64,000 nt of DNA. Source: an uncultured Coriobacteriia bacterium. GTDB lineage: Bacteria; Actinomycetota; Coriobacteriia; Coriobacteriales; QAMH01. Shown here piece by piece: positions 35,641 through 45,192 of this stretch. The notes under the pieces are model-generated. The model was not told the origin of the DNA and made no database searches. It worked only from the letters and a program-made list of their open reading frames with translations. Numbering within the stretch: the first letter of the stretch is position 1; every line of letters starts with the position of its first letter. A program made the translations under genes and the position numbers. The stretch is taken from positions 28,029 to 92,028 of the forward strand of contig CAOKAE010000002.1 in the NCBI GenBank assembly GCA_948466335.1, written 5' to 3'.

Positions 35641-36971
35641 TCGCGGAACGACTCTTGCTCTTCGGGCTCGGCGGCGGGCTCGGTCTCGGCGAACCACTCG
35701 TCTGCCGTCATGGAGGTCACTTCTGTTTCCTCGTCCTCGGGGGCCTCGGGCTCGTCTTCGGAATCATCAGCGAGCTCAGCCTCGTCGAGAGATTTCTCGA
35801 CTTCACTCACTTCGTTCGCTTCGCTCGAAATGGCAGAAGCGGACGTTACTTCATCCACGTTGCTCGAAATGACAGAGGGAGGCTCTTCGTCCACGTTGCT
35901 CGAAATGACAGAGGGCGCCACTTCGTTCGTCTCGCCCGAAATGACAGTGGGCGCAGCCTCGTTCGCTTCCTCCTGAACGACAGAAGCGGGCTCTTCACTT
36001 TCCTGTATGTCATCTCGACCGGAGGTGCCGTCAGGCACCGGAGTGGAGAGATCTCCGCCCTCCTCGACCTCGTCACGCATCTCGCCGAAGAGCGCCTCGG
36101 CGTACTCGCGCGGCTCGAAGGGTTGCAGGTCCTCGATGCCCTCGCCCACGCCCACGCGCAGGATGGGCAGCCCGAGCTCGTGGCTCACCGCCACGGCGAT
36201 GCCGCCCTTGGCCGTGCCATCGAGCTTGGTCATGATGACGCCGTCCAAATCGAGTGCCTTGTCGAACTCGCGCGCCTGCTGCAGGCCGTTCTGGCCCGTC
36301 GTCGCATCGATGACGAGCACGGTCTTCACGTCGACGTCCGCACGCTTGCGGGTGACGTTCACGACCTTCTGCAGCTCGCGCATGAGCTCGTCGGAGGTAT
36401 GCAGGCGGCCCGAGGTGTCGATGAGCACGAGGTCGCTACCCAGCTGCTCGGCGCGCTCGACGACGTCGTAGCACACGCTGGCCGGGTCGCTTCCGCGTTC
36501 GCGCTTCACGACTTCCACGCCGCTGCGCTCGCCCCAGATGTCCAACTGCTCGATGGCAGCCGCGCGGAAGGTATCGGCCGAGCCGATGAGCACCTTGCGG
36601 CCGCCGGCGTGGGCCTGGTTGGCGAGCTTGCCCACCGTCGTCGTCTTACCCGCGCCGTTGATGCCCACAAAAAGCACGCAGACGGGGTTCATGCGGAAGG
36701 GGTCGGGATCGGGCTCGGCAAAGAGACCGCTTATCTCGTCGGCGAGCATGTCGAGCACGGCGTAGGCATCGGGCAGTGCCTTGCGCGTCGCCTGGTCACG
36801 CAGGCGGTCGATGACCTCCATGGTCGCCTGGGCGCCCAGATCGCTCAGGATGAGCGTTTCCTCCAGGTCATCCCAGAAATCCTCGTCGAGCTTGGGACCA
36901 CGACGGAAGAGCACGTTCATTCGCTCGTTGAACTTCGCCCTGCTTCGATTGATCTTGTCTTTGAACGCCAT
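35616..36971 (-). CDS. ftsY: signal recognition particle receptor FtsY with acidic repeat-containing C-terminal extension
   Basis: NG domain at the N-terminus (GINGAGKTTT, DTSGR, TKLDGTAKGG), followed by about 150 acidic residues. Confidence 0.95.
   Translation of the reverse strand: MAFKDKINRSRAKFNERMNVLFRRGPKLDEDFWDDLEETLILSDLGAQATMEVIDRLRDQATRKALPDAYAVLDMLADEISGLFAEPDPDPFRMNPVCVLFVGINGAGKTTTVGKLANQAHAGGRKVLIGSADTFRAAAIEQLDIWGERSGVEVVKRERGSDPASVCYDVVERAEQLGSDLVLIDTSGRLHTSDELMRELQKVVNVTRKRADVDVKTVLVIDATTGQNGLQQAREFDKALDLDGVIMTKLDGTAKGGIAVAVSHELGLPILRVGVGEGIEDLQPFEPREYAEALFGEMRDEVEEGGDLSTPVPDGTSGRDDIQESEEPASVVQEEANEAAPTVISGETNEVAPSVISSNVDEEPPSVISSNVDEVTSASAISSEANEVSEVEKSLDEAELADDSEDEPEAPEDEETEVTSMTADEWFAETEPAAEPEEQESFRDKMRRWFS
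35805..35984 (-). repeat. five in-frame tandem 36-nt units inside ftsY
   Basis: The units translate to ASAISSEANEVS, SVISSNVDEVTS, SVISSNVDEEPP, TVISGETNEVAP and SVVQEEANEAAP. Confidence 0.9.
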
Positions 36972-36995
36972 GGAAATCTCCCTTGCAAGCAGGCG

Positions 36996-39900
36996 TTATT
37001 GCGCGCCGCTAAACTCCTCGACGTCGCGCGGCTGACCCGAATCCTCGGATGAGAGGCGAATCTGCTGGTCGAGCTTTTGCGACACGAGCTTGGACACGCC
37101 ATCGCTGCGCATGGAGACGCCGTAGAGCAAATCGGCCATCTCCATCGTACGCCTTTGATGGCTGATGATGATGAACTGCGTGGAGGAACGGATGCTGTCG
37201 AGATACGAGAGCAGGCGGCGTAGGTTGGTGTCGTCGAGGGCGGCCTCGACCTCGTCGAGGATGTAGAACGGCGTCTTACGCACGCGATACACCGCGAACA
37301 GCAGCGTCAAGGCGACCAACGACTGCTCGCCGCCGGATAGCAGCGTCTGCTTGCGCACCTTTTTGCCGCGGGGCTGGGCGTAGACCTCCACGCCCGTTTC
37401 CTCGGGATTATCAGGGTCGGTCAGCTCGAGGTGACCGTTGCCACCGGGAAAGAGCTGGGCGAAGACCTCCTCGAAGTTCGCGTTGACCTGCTTGAAGGTG
37501 TCGAGGAAGCGATTGCGCATCTTGCGGTCGATGGCCGCGACGATGCGTTGCAGCGCCTTGGCGGCGGCCTCCAGATCCTCGAGCTGCACGGCGATGAAAT
37601 CGCGTCGTTCTCGCAGCTTGAGGTATTCCTCGACGGCGACGGGATTGACCGAGCCGAGGTTGCCGAGCTTGCGGCGCAGGCTCTCGGCGCGCTTCTCCTC
37701 CTCCTCGCGATTCTCGGGCGCGTCGAGCGTGAGGGCGACCTCGAGCAGCACGCCGTGCGTCTCGGTGATGACCCCGATGGCCGCCTCGACCTTGACCTCG
37801 AGCTTGCTCTTCTCGATACGCACCTGCGTGAGCTTCTCGTTTGCCTCGTCGAGCTTGACCTGCTCGGCGGCGACGGCCTCGCGGGCCCCGTCGATGGTGG
37901 CGCGCAGGTCACCCTGGCCGGCCTGCTCGATCTTTGCGCGGTCACTCAGAACCTCGGCCTTCTCCTGCACGCCCTCGCGCAGGCTCGTGAAGACGTCGTA
38001 GAGGGGCTCGACGCGCAGGCGCAGAATCTCGAGGTTGCCCTCGGTCTCGCGCGAGACCTGAAGGGTCTCCTCGAGCTGCGCAATCTCCTTCTTGAGAGAC
38101 TCGATCTGCTTGCCAAGGTGGCGTTCGCGCTCGCGCACCGTGGCAAGATCGACCTGTATGGTCGAGATCTCGCGCGTGAAGCTGTCTTCGCGGCTCGCCA
38201 GGGCGGCGCTCTTGTCGCGTGCGGCGGCGGCCTTCTCGTCCAGTTCGTCCTTGCGCGCGGCCAGCTCGTTCTTGCGGTCGGTGAGCTCCTTGACCTTCGC
38301 GCGGCTCGCGGCGGTGTCTTCGGCGATGCGAGCACGACGCTGCTCGATCTGATTCTTCTCCTGCAGCTGGTCGGTAATCGCCTGCTCGAGACGACCCACC
38401 TCCTCGCGCAGGCTATCGGCCTCTCCGGAGACCTGGGCGATGGACTGCGAGAGCTCGAAGTCGTCTGCCTGCGCGATGTGCAGGTTGTTGAGCGCCTTGT
38501 CGACGTCGCGTTCGCTCTCCACGACGGCCTGGGCCATCACGGGTTCCTCGGCCTGCAGTTCGCGCAGGCGACGCTTGCGGCTCAGCACGCCCTCGGTATC
38601 GGTGACCTGCGTGCCGATGGTGACCTTGCCGTTGGGCCAGGCGACCACGCCGTCACGCGTGACGAAGCGCGATCCGGTCGCGTCTGCCGCGGCGGCCTCG
38701 ATGGCATCGATGGCCGAATCGAGCACGTACACGTCGCCGAGCAGCAGCTCCGCCACGCGCGCGTGTTCGGGAGCGTAGCTGACCTCGTCGAGCAGGCGCG
38801 TGCCCGTCTTGGCGCGTGCGCGCTCGATGGGCGCGCCGCCGATGTTGACGAGAGAGAGCTCGCCGCCGGAAAGCTCCGCCTTCAGGAGCCGGTCGACGAG
38901 CCCGGCCGAGGCAGAGGAGTCCTTCGTCATGAGACCGAACATGTCCGACCCGAGCAGATGCTCGACAAGGCTCTCGAGTGCGGGCGGGGCCGAGAAGAGC
39001 TCGCTCACGGGCGAGACGACGTCATCATCTCGGTGATCCAGCGCCCAGGCAAGCAGGGGGCGCGAACCGTCGACGGCCTTGTCGACGTGCTCGAGACCCT
39101 TGATCTCAGCGCGTAGCGAACTAAGCTGTTCGCGCTTCTCCTCGAGCCGTGCGCGGCAGTCATCGTGGATGCGCACGCGGCTGTCGATATCCGATTTCGC
39201 GGCCAGGGAGTCTGCCTGCAGCTGCGTGAGCTGCACCTCGAGGTCTTCCAGATGGCTCCGTCGCGTCGCGAGGGTCGTTTGCGTCGAGACGTGCGCGTCC
39301 TCTATCTGCGAGATGCGGTTGACGAGGAGGCCATCCTCGACATCGGCGGTCGAAAGGCTCTCGGTTGCCCTGAGCTCCGCGAGCGTGCACTCGTCGAACT
39401 CCTTCTCGCAGGCGCGAACCTGGGCGTTTGCCTCGGTGAGCTCGCGCTCTGCCTGCTCGTGCAGCTCATGGACCTCGTTTGCCCCCGCCTGCTGACGTTC
39501 GAGCTGCGACGTGAGCTCGTCGAGCTGCGCGACCGTGTCGCGATGGTCGGACTCGTAGGTCTCGAGACGGGCGATGACGTCGACGCGGTTCGCCTCGGAG
39601 CGATGGACCGCCTGACGCAGCTCGGAAAGCCGCGTCACCATGTTGCGACCCTTCTCCTCGAGCAGGAGCATGCCCGAGTCAAGGCGGTCCAGGGCGGTCT
39701 GGCAGCGACGACGCTGCTCGGCTATGTCACCGGCGAACAGCCCCTTCTCCTCGAGCAGGTGCTGGTACTTCTCGAGTTCGCGGTTCTTCTCGTCCACGCG
39801 GAAGCGCGCGAGCTCGACGAGCGAGTCGGCCTCCTTCTCGAGCCGTTCCGTCTCGCGCCAGGTGTCCTGGAGCCTACGCAGGTCATCGACGGCCAGCGAG

Positions 39901-40580
39901 AGCTCGACGGCCTTGAGTTCTTCGGAAAGCTGCTCATGCTGACGGGCGCGGCTCGCCTGGCGCTCGAGGGGCTTGAGCTGGCGATCGATCTCGCCCGCGA
40001 TGTCGTGCACGCGCTGGAGCTCGGCATCCATGTTCTTGAGCTTGCGCGCGGAGCGCTCCTTGCGTTTCTTGTGCTTGAGGATGCCCGCGGCCTCCTCGAT
40101 GAGCAGACGACGGTCCTCGGGACGGGCGCGCAGGACGTTTTGCAACGACCCCTGGGAGATGATCGAGTGCGTGTCACGACCGAGGCCGGAATCGTTGAGG
40201 ATGTCGAGGACGTCCATGAGACGCGACGGCGAGCCGTTGATGAGGTACTCGCTCTCGCCGCTACGGTACATGCGACGCGTGACGACGACCTCGTTGAAAT
40301 CGAGGGGAAGCGTGCCGTCGGAATTGTCGAGCACGAGGTCGACTTCGGCCAGACCCACCGCCTGACGTGCCGACGAACCGGCGAAGATGACGTCCTCCAT
40401 GGCCTGGCCGCGCAGTTGCTTGGCGCTCTGCTCGCCCAGGACCCACAAAACGGCATCCGAGATGTTCGATTTACCCGATCCATTTGGGCCGACGACAACC
40501 GTCATCCCCGGCTCGAGCGAGAGAACGGCTCGGTCAGCAAACGACTTGAAACCCTTGAGAACGAGTGACTTGAGGTACAC
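36996..40580 (-). CDS. smc: chromosome segregation protein SMC
   Basis: 1194 aa. Walker A GPNGSGKSN, long coiled coils and hinge, LSGGEQSL, Walker B FYILDEVEAALD. Confidence 0.95.
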   Translation of the reverse strand: MYLKSLVLKGFKSFADRAVLSLEPGMTVVVGPNGSGKSNISDAVLWVLGEQSAKQLRGQAMEDVIFAGSSARQAVGLAEVDLVLDNSDGTLPLDFNEVVVTRRMYRSGESEYLINGSPSRLMDVLDILNDSGLGRDTHSIISQGSLQNVLRARPEDRRLLIEEAAGILKHKKRKERSARKLKNMDAELQRVHDIAGEIDRQLKPLERQASRARQHEQLSEELKAVELSLAVDDLRRLQDTWRETERLEKEADSLVELARFRVDEKNRELEKYQHLLEEKGLFAGDIAEQRRRCQTALDRLDSGMLLLEEKGRNMVTRLSELRQAVHRSEANRVDVIARLETYESDHRDTVAQLDELTSQLERQQAGANEVHELHEQAERELTEANAQVRACEKEFDECTLAELRATESLSTADVEDGLLVNRISQIEDAHVSTQTTLATRRSHLEDLEVQLTQLQADSLAAKSDIDSRVRIHDDCRARLEEKREQLSSLRAEIKGLEHVDKAVDGSRPLLAWALDHRDDDVVSPVSELFSAPPALESLVEHLLGSDMFGLMTKDSSASAGLVDRLLKAELSGGELSLVNIGGAPIERARAKTGTRLLDEVSYAPEHARVAELLLGDVYVLDSAIDAIEAAAADATGSRFVTRDGVVAWPNGKVTIGTQVTDTEGVLSRKRRLRELQAEEPVMAQAVVESERDVDKALNNLHIAQADDFELSQSIAQVSGEADSLREEVGRLEQAITDQLQEKNQIEQRRARIAEDTAASRAKVKELTDRKNELAARKDELDEKAAAARDKSAALASREDSFTREISTIQVDLATVRERERHLGKQIESLKKEIAQLEETLQVSRETEGNLEILRLRVEPLYDVFTSLREGVQEKAEVLSDRAKIEQAGQGDLRATIDGAREAVAAEQVKLDEANEKLTQVRIEKSKLEVKVEAAIGVITETHGVLLEVALTLDAPENREEEEKRAESLRRKLGNLGSVNPVAVEEYLKLRERRDFIAVQLEDLEAAAKALQRIVAAIDRKMRNRFLDTFKQVNANFEEVFAQLFPGGNGHLELTDPDNPEETGVEVYAQPRGKKVRKQTLLSGGEQSLVALTLLFAVYRVRKTPFYILDEVEAALDDTNLRRLLSYLDSIRSSTQFIIISHQRRTMEMADLLYGVSMRSDGVSKLVSQKLDQQIRLSSEDSGQPRDVEEFSGAQ

Positions 40581-40684
40581 GATTTCCCTTGTACGTGCGG
40601 CAAACGGATAAACCTGTAGAGTTTACCACAGGGCCGCGAAAAAGCTCTTCCGGAAGAGGACAAACGCCCCGCGTACGGAGCGAT

Positions 40685-41401
40685 TTAGGCCTTCTTGTCC
40701 GCCAGCGTCTCGAGCGCCGCCTGGGCTGCCGCCGCCTCGGCCTGCTTCTTGGATTTGCCGCTTCCCTCGCCGATCATATCGTCATCGACAAACACCTGCG
40801 CGAAGAAGGTGCGGTCGTGAGGCGGGCCATCGAAGCTGACGATCTCGTAGTGCGGCTGCTTGCCATCGTTCTGGAGCAGTTCCTGCAGCGACGACTTGGG
40901 GCTTTCCGGAACGGAGGCAAGCTTGCGGTCGGCGTGGGTGAGCAGCGAACGGGACACCCATGCATAGGCGGCATCCATGCCGCCGTCCAGGTAGAGTGCG
41001 GCCACGAGCGATTCGTAGACGTTTTCGAGCGCCGATGACAAGCCGCGCTTGTCGGTGCCCGTCTCGCTCTCGCCGAAAATGATGCAATCGGCGATTCCCT
41101 CGTCTTGGGCGACGCGCGAAAGGCTCTTGCCCGAAACGAGCGAGACCTTGATGCGCGTGAGGCCACCTTCGTCGAGATCCCGGTACTGTTTGAAGAGAAA
41201 CATCGCAGTGATGGCACCCAAGATGGAGTCGCCCAGGAATTCGAGGCGCTCGTAGTCGTAGAGCGTCTTCTCCTTGTCGAGCGCGGAGGGATGCGTGATG
41301 GCGGCACCAAGCAGGGGCTTGTCCTCGAACTCATAGCCGAGAATTTCCTCGGCCTTGGCTATCTTGTCGGGATGGGATGCGAGCACTTCCTCGTTGGCCA
41401 T
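40685..41401 (-). CDS. rnc: ribonuclease III
   Basis: The start is set at MANEEVL (ATG 41401), 1 nt after the plsX stop. Signature ERLEFLGDSIL and a C-terminal dsRBD. Confidence 0.9.
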   Translation of the reverse strand: MANEEVLASHPDKIAKAEEILGYEFEDKPLLGAAITHPSALDKEKTLYDYERLEFLGDSILGAITAMFLFKQYRDLDEGGLTRIKVSLVSGKSLSRVAQDEGIADCIIFGESETGTDKRGLSSALENVYESLVAALYLDGGMDAAYAWVSRSLLTHADRKLASVPESPKSSLQELLQNDGKQPHYEIVSFDGPPHDRTFFAQVFVDDDMIGEGSGKSKKQAEAAAAQAALETLADKKA

Positions 41402-41402
41402 T

Positions 41403-42419
41403 TCAGAGCACTTCCCCCGTCGAGCCGTCGCCGGCGAGCGCACGGGCGAGCTTGCCCGGCATGTCCTGGCGAACCGCGTCTGCCGTCGCGAGCACGCCAT
41501 TGCAAATTGCCCGCGCGTTGCTCGAGCCGTGGCCGATGAGGCACACGCCCTTGCAGCCGAGCAACTGCGCACCGCCGTACTTGTCTGCCGAAAGGTTTTC
41601 CTTGAACGTGGAGAGGGCGTCCTTGATAAGCAGGCCGCCGATCTTGCTCTTGGTGGTCGAGTAGATCGTCTCCTTGAGACCGAGAAGCAGGGCCTTGCCA
41701 ACGCCCTCGTAGACCTTGAGCGCGACATTGCCGGTGAAGCCATCGGTCACGATAACGTCGAATCCACCCAAGGCGAGATTGCGGCCCTCGGCGTTGCCCT
41801 GGAAGTTGGGCACGTGCTCCCTCATGAGCTTGTGACATTGCTGCGCGAACTCGGAGCCCTTCGTCTCCTCCTCGCCGATATTGAGCAGCCCGACGCTGGG
41901 ATCCTCGATGCCCAGGGTCACCTGCGCGTACACGCGAGCCATGCGGGCGAACTGAACGAGGTATTCGGGCTTGCAGTCGGCATTGGCGCCCATATCGGTG
42001 AAGACGACGTTTGCCACGGGCGAGGGAAGCACTGTCGCGATGGCGGGGCGCTTGACGCCCTTTATCCGGCCGATGACCAGCGTTGCGGCGGCCATGCACG
42101 CGCCGGTGGAACCTGCGGAGAAGAAACCGCCCGCCTCGCCTTCCTTGACCAAGCGACAGCCCACGACGATCGAGGAATCCTTCTTGAGACGCACGGCTTC
42201 GGCGGGATGCTCGCCCATCTCGATGACCTCGGTGGTGGGATGTGCGACGACGTTGGCGTACCCGGCCGCAAAGGGAACGATGACGTCCTCGGGACCGGTG
42301 AGGATGACGGTGATCGAGGGGTCTTGCGTCACAGCCTGCGCGACGCCTTCGAGAACGACTCCGGGGGCATCGTCACCACCGAGCGCGTCTACGACGACCT
42401 TGACCTCATCCATGCTCAT
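41403..42419 (-). CDS. plsX: phosphate acyltransferase PlsX
   Basis: 338 aa with VVVDALGGDDAP and a PlsX pattern throughout. Confidence 0.9.
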   Translation of the reverse strand: MSMDEVKVVVDALGGDDAPGVVLEGVAQAVTQDPSITVILTGPEDVIVPFAAGYANVVAHPTTEVIEMGEHPAEAVRLKKDSSIVVGCRLVKEGEAGGFFSAGSTGACMAAATLVIGRIKGVKRPAIATVLPSPVANVVFTDMGANADCKPEYLVQFARMARVYAQVTLGIEDPSVGLLNIGEEETKGSEFAQQCHKLMREHVPNFQGNAEGRNLALGGFDVIVTDGFTGNVALKVYEGVGKALLLGLKETIYSTTKSKIGGLLIKDALSTFKENLSADKYGGAQLLGCKGVCLIGHGSSNARAICNGVLATADAVRQDMPGKLARALAGDGSTGEVL

Positions 42420-42514
42420 TCACCCGCCTCACGAGAAGTTTCTTCCCAGAATAAAGAAATAATCCTGCAAGCGGGTGACCGTCTGCAGGATTACATGCAA
42501 TGTGTAGATTGCCG

Positions 42515-42697
42515 TTAGTCCTCGACGGCGAGAACCTCACGACCCTTGTAGTAGCCACAGCTCGGGCAAACGGTATGCGGAAGCTTGACCTCGCCGCACT
42601 GCGGGCAGACGGAACGGGGTGCCGTCCTGCACACGTCGTTGGAAGAACGACGGGAATGGGTCCTCATCCTGCCAGTTTTACGCTTGGGTACTGCCAT
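42515..42697 (-). CDS. rpmF: 50S ribosomal protein L32
   Basis: 60 aa, MAVPKRKTGR..., with a CxxC...CxxC zinc ribbon. Confidence 0.95.
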   Translation of the reverse strand: MAVPKRKTGRMRTHSRRSSNDVCRTAPRSVCPQCGEVKLPHTVCPSCGYYKGREVLAVED

Positions 42698-42816
42698 CGT
42701 CTATAACCTTTCTAGCAAGCGCGCCGCCATGACGCGCAGAATCTCTTAGAACACGCGAAAAAGAAATATACCACGCATCGCCGCAAGAGTGAAGAGAAAC
42801 TTGCCGGACGGAACAA

Positions 42817-42848
42817 AATGTGTCAGGGGGTCAGGCACGGTGGCACAT
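42817..42848 (-). repeat. palindromic REP-like element, copy b
   Basis: Plus strand AATGTGTCAGGGGGTCAGGCACGGTGGCACAT, 27/32 identical to copy a by hand count. It abuts the methyltransferase stop codon. Confidence 0.7.
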
Positions 42849-43994
42849 TCAAACCCGCACCAGCAGCGCCACGCTTTCGAGGTGCTTGGTATGGGGAAAC
42901 ATGTCGACGCCCACGAGGCGCTTCACCTGATAGGCGGGCGCAAGCCGCTCGATGTCGCGCACCTGCGTTGCCGGGTTGCAGCTAATGTAAACGATGCGGC
43001 GGGGCGCTGCGGAAAGCACGCTTGCCAGGAACTCCTCGGATGCCCCGGCACGGGGTGGGTCGAGGATGACGACATCGAACTTGCCCTCGGACTTCGCCAG
43101 ATACTCCCCCGCGTCGGCGCAGACGAAGCTCGCGTTCTTCACGCGGTTGATGCGCGCGTTCTCGGCCGCGATCTGGACGGCGGACTCGACGCTTTCCACG
43201 CCAACGAGCTCGATGCGAGTCTGCTTGGCCGCGATGATGCCGATGGTGCCGATGCCGCAATACGCGTCGAGCACGCGGTCTTCTTCGCGCAGCCGGGTCA
43301 TACGCACGGCCGTCTGGTAGAGCAGTTCGGTCTGTGTGGGATTGGTCTGGTAGAACGCGTCGGCCGGAATGCGGAACGTGCAACCGCATAGCTCGTCTTC
43401 GATCCAACCCTGGCCGTAGGCAGTCATCGACAGCGGTCCGAGCACGGCATTGGTGCGCCGGGTGTTCACGTTGAAGCTCACGCTCGCGATGGAGGGGTGC
43501 CGCTTGCGTAACGCCGTGACGAACGCCTTTTTGCGCGGGAATTCCTTGCGATTGACGACGAGCGTCACCATGACCTGTCCGGTGCTTCTGGCCACGCGCA
43601 CGATGGCATGACGCAGCAGGCCCTTGCCCGTGTTCTCGTCGTAGGCGGGAATGTGAAAGCCCTGGGCAAGCTCCGCGATGCTGTTGAGGATGGGGCGGCC
43701 GGCCTTGTGCTCAACGAGGCAGTCGCGCGCCTCGACCAGCTCGTGCATCCCCCGTTCGTACATGCCGAACCGGGGCTTGCCCTCCTTGCTCGGAGCAAAT
43801 GGCGTCATGATCTTGTGCCGGTAGGCCACGGGGTCGTCCATGCCGACCACGGCATCGACGCCATGCCCCAGCGGCTCGAAAAGCTCCTCGAGCATCGCGC
43901 GCTTACGCGAGAGCTGGATGGGATAGGGAACGGAAAGCCATTCGCAGCCACCGCAGCGGGCGGCGTGGGGACAGGTGTATGTCTTGTAACCCAC
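42849..43994 (-). CDS. RNA (uracil-5)-methyltransferase, RumA/TrmA class
   Basis: 381 aa with an N-terminal Cys cluster (CPHAARCGGCEW), the SAM-binding VLDAYCGIGTIG and C-terminal ISCNPAT/DMFP motifs. Confidence 0.85.
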   Translation of the reverse strand: MGYKTYTCPHAARCGGCEWLSVPYPIQLSRKRAMLEELFEPLGHGVDAVVGMDDPVAYRHKIMTPFAPSKEGKPRFGMYERGMHELVEARDCLVEHKAGRPILNSIAELAQGFHIPAYDENTGKGLLRHAIVRVARSTGQVMVTLVVNRKEFPRKKAFVTALRKRHPSIASVSFNVNTRRTNAVLGPLSMTAYGQGWIEDELCGCTFRIPADAFYQTNPTQTELLYQTAVRMTRLREEDRVLDAYCGIGTIGIIAAKQTRIELVGVESVESAVQIAAENARINRVKNASFVCADAGEYLAKSEGKFDVVILDPPRAGASEEFLASVLSAAPRRIVYISCNPATQVRDIERLAPAYQVKRLVGVDMFPHTKHLESVALLVRV

Positions 43995-44003
43995 GGAGGC
44001 GGG

Positions 44004-44543
44004 TCACTCGTCCTCGAGCTTGAGGTCCTTGAGGACCGCGAAGGGATTGAGCGGATCGACCTCGTCCTCTTGATCGCAGGAACACGGCCCCTCGTTAAGA
44101 TCGGCCCCACATCGGGGACAGAGGCCGGCGCAATCCTCCTTGCAGAGCACGACGTAGGGCGTCGCGTAGACGAGCGCGGCGACGATGGCCGGGGCGATGT
44201 CGAAGCTGCCCTCCGCATCGATGACCTCGAACTCGTCATCCTCGTAGCCATCGATGTCCTCGGCGGGCTGGAGCAGGTAATAGCCCTCGACCGCACCCGT
44301 GACCTCGACGTTCGCCGGCGCAAGGCAGCGCGCGCACGACGTGATGGCATCGCAGCTCGCCTCGCCGGAAAGGACGATGCCCTCTCCGGTATTCGTCAGT
44401 TGAAGTTGATAGTGAATGCCATCCGGCGTCTGCATGTCCATGCCGCCAACGTGGTATGACGTGATGTCGAGCGTACCTTCGATGAAGCGCGTCGACGCCG
44501 GCTCGACCAAATCCGGATGAATGGAAACAATGAGCTGTTGCAT
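44004..44543 (-). CDS. YceD/DUF177 family protein
   Basis: 179 aa with CxRC...CxxxCxGLCPxCGxxLN motifs. Confidence 0.8.
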   Translation of the reverse strand: MQQLIVSIHPDLVEPASTRFIEGTLDITSYHVGGMDMQTPDGIHYQLQLTNTGEGIVLSGEASCDAITSCARCLAPANVEVTGAVEGYYLLQPAEDIDGYEDDEFEVIDAEGSFDIAPAIVAALVYATPYVVLCKEDCAGLCPRCGADLNEGPCSCDQEDEVDPLNPFAVLKDLKLEDE

Positions 44544-44587
44544 TGCTCGACCTCCCAGCTATCGAGCCGCCGAGCAATGAACACGTA

Positions 44588-45052
44588 TTAGTCGGTCATA
44601 CCGCTGTTCAGGCGCTGGCGGCAACGCGTGACGTTCTTGAGAAGGTTGTCGAGATTCGTCTCGAGGTTGGCGAAGATCTGGTCGGCGTAATCCTCCGCGC
44701 CGACGCGCATCTCGCGCTCGCGTGCCATGGCGTCGTCGATGACCTCCTGGGCACGCTGCTCGGCCAGACGCACGACCTCCTGCTCGCCGGCAAGGTGCTC
44801 GGCCTGACGCTCCGCGTCCTCAAGGATGCGGTTGGCGTCGATCTCTGCCGCCTCGATCATGCCCTGGCGATCCCGGACGATGATGCGAGCCTGGCGCAGC
44901 TCTTCCGGGAAGATGTCGCGAATCTCATCAAGAATCTCAAAAATGGGGCCAATTTCGACCTGGCGCTTCTGGCTATTGCCCAAGACAGGCTTGGACTGCT
45001 CGATGCGCTCGGCAAGCTCGTCGAGAAGCTCCTCGATACCTGCGTCGTCCAT
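44588..45052 (-). CDS. hypothetical acidic coiled-coil protein
   Basis: 154 aa with a strong heptad-like charged pattern. No family is recognised by eye. Confidence 0.6.
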   Translation of the reverse strand: MDDAGIEELLDELAERIEQSKPVLGNSQKRQVEIGPIFEILDEIRDIFPEELRQARIIVRDRQGMIEAAEIDANRILEDAERQAEHLAGEQEVVRLAEQRAQEVIDDAMAREREMRVGAEDYADQIFANLETNLDNLLKNVTRCRQRLNSGMTD

Positions 45053-45192
45053 GTTGGGACTCCTTTACCTATCAGTTACTACATTTAAGCTGCACTTCTG
45101 ATTGTGGCACCAGATATGCTAATTGCACATGGTAACACATAATGCAAGCGATTGTCCCGATTGGCGTTTCCCCGTCACTTCGACCGGAAGCG

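Noticed and set aside
35805-35984. Regular 36-nt repeats considered as a possible CRISPR-like array
   Set aside because: The units are directly adjacent with no spacers. They are in frame within ftsY and translate to a 12-residue peptide repeat. No cas genes are present.
40637-40650. Palindrome CTCTTCCGGAAGAG plus T-run as the rnc terminator
   Set aside because: The stem is only about 5 bp with a 4-nt loop, too weak to report as a feature.
40685-41743. 352-aa version of the RNase III ORF
   Set aside because: The first 114 residues are Arg/Ser/Ala-rich and overlap plsX in another frame. The homologous RNase III sequence begins at MANEEVL, 1 nt after the plsX stop.
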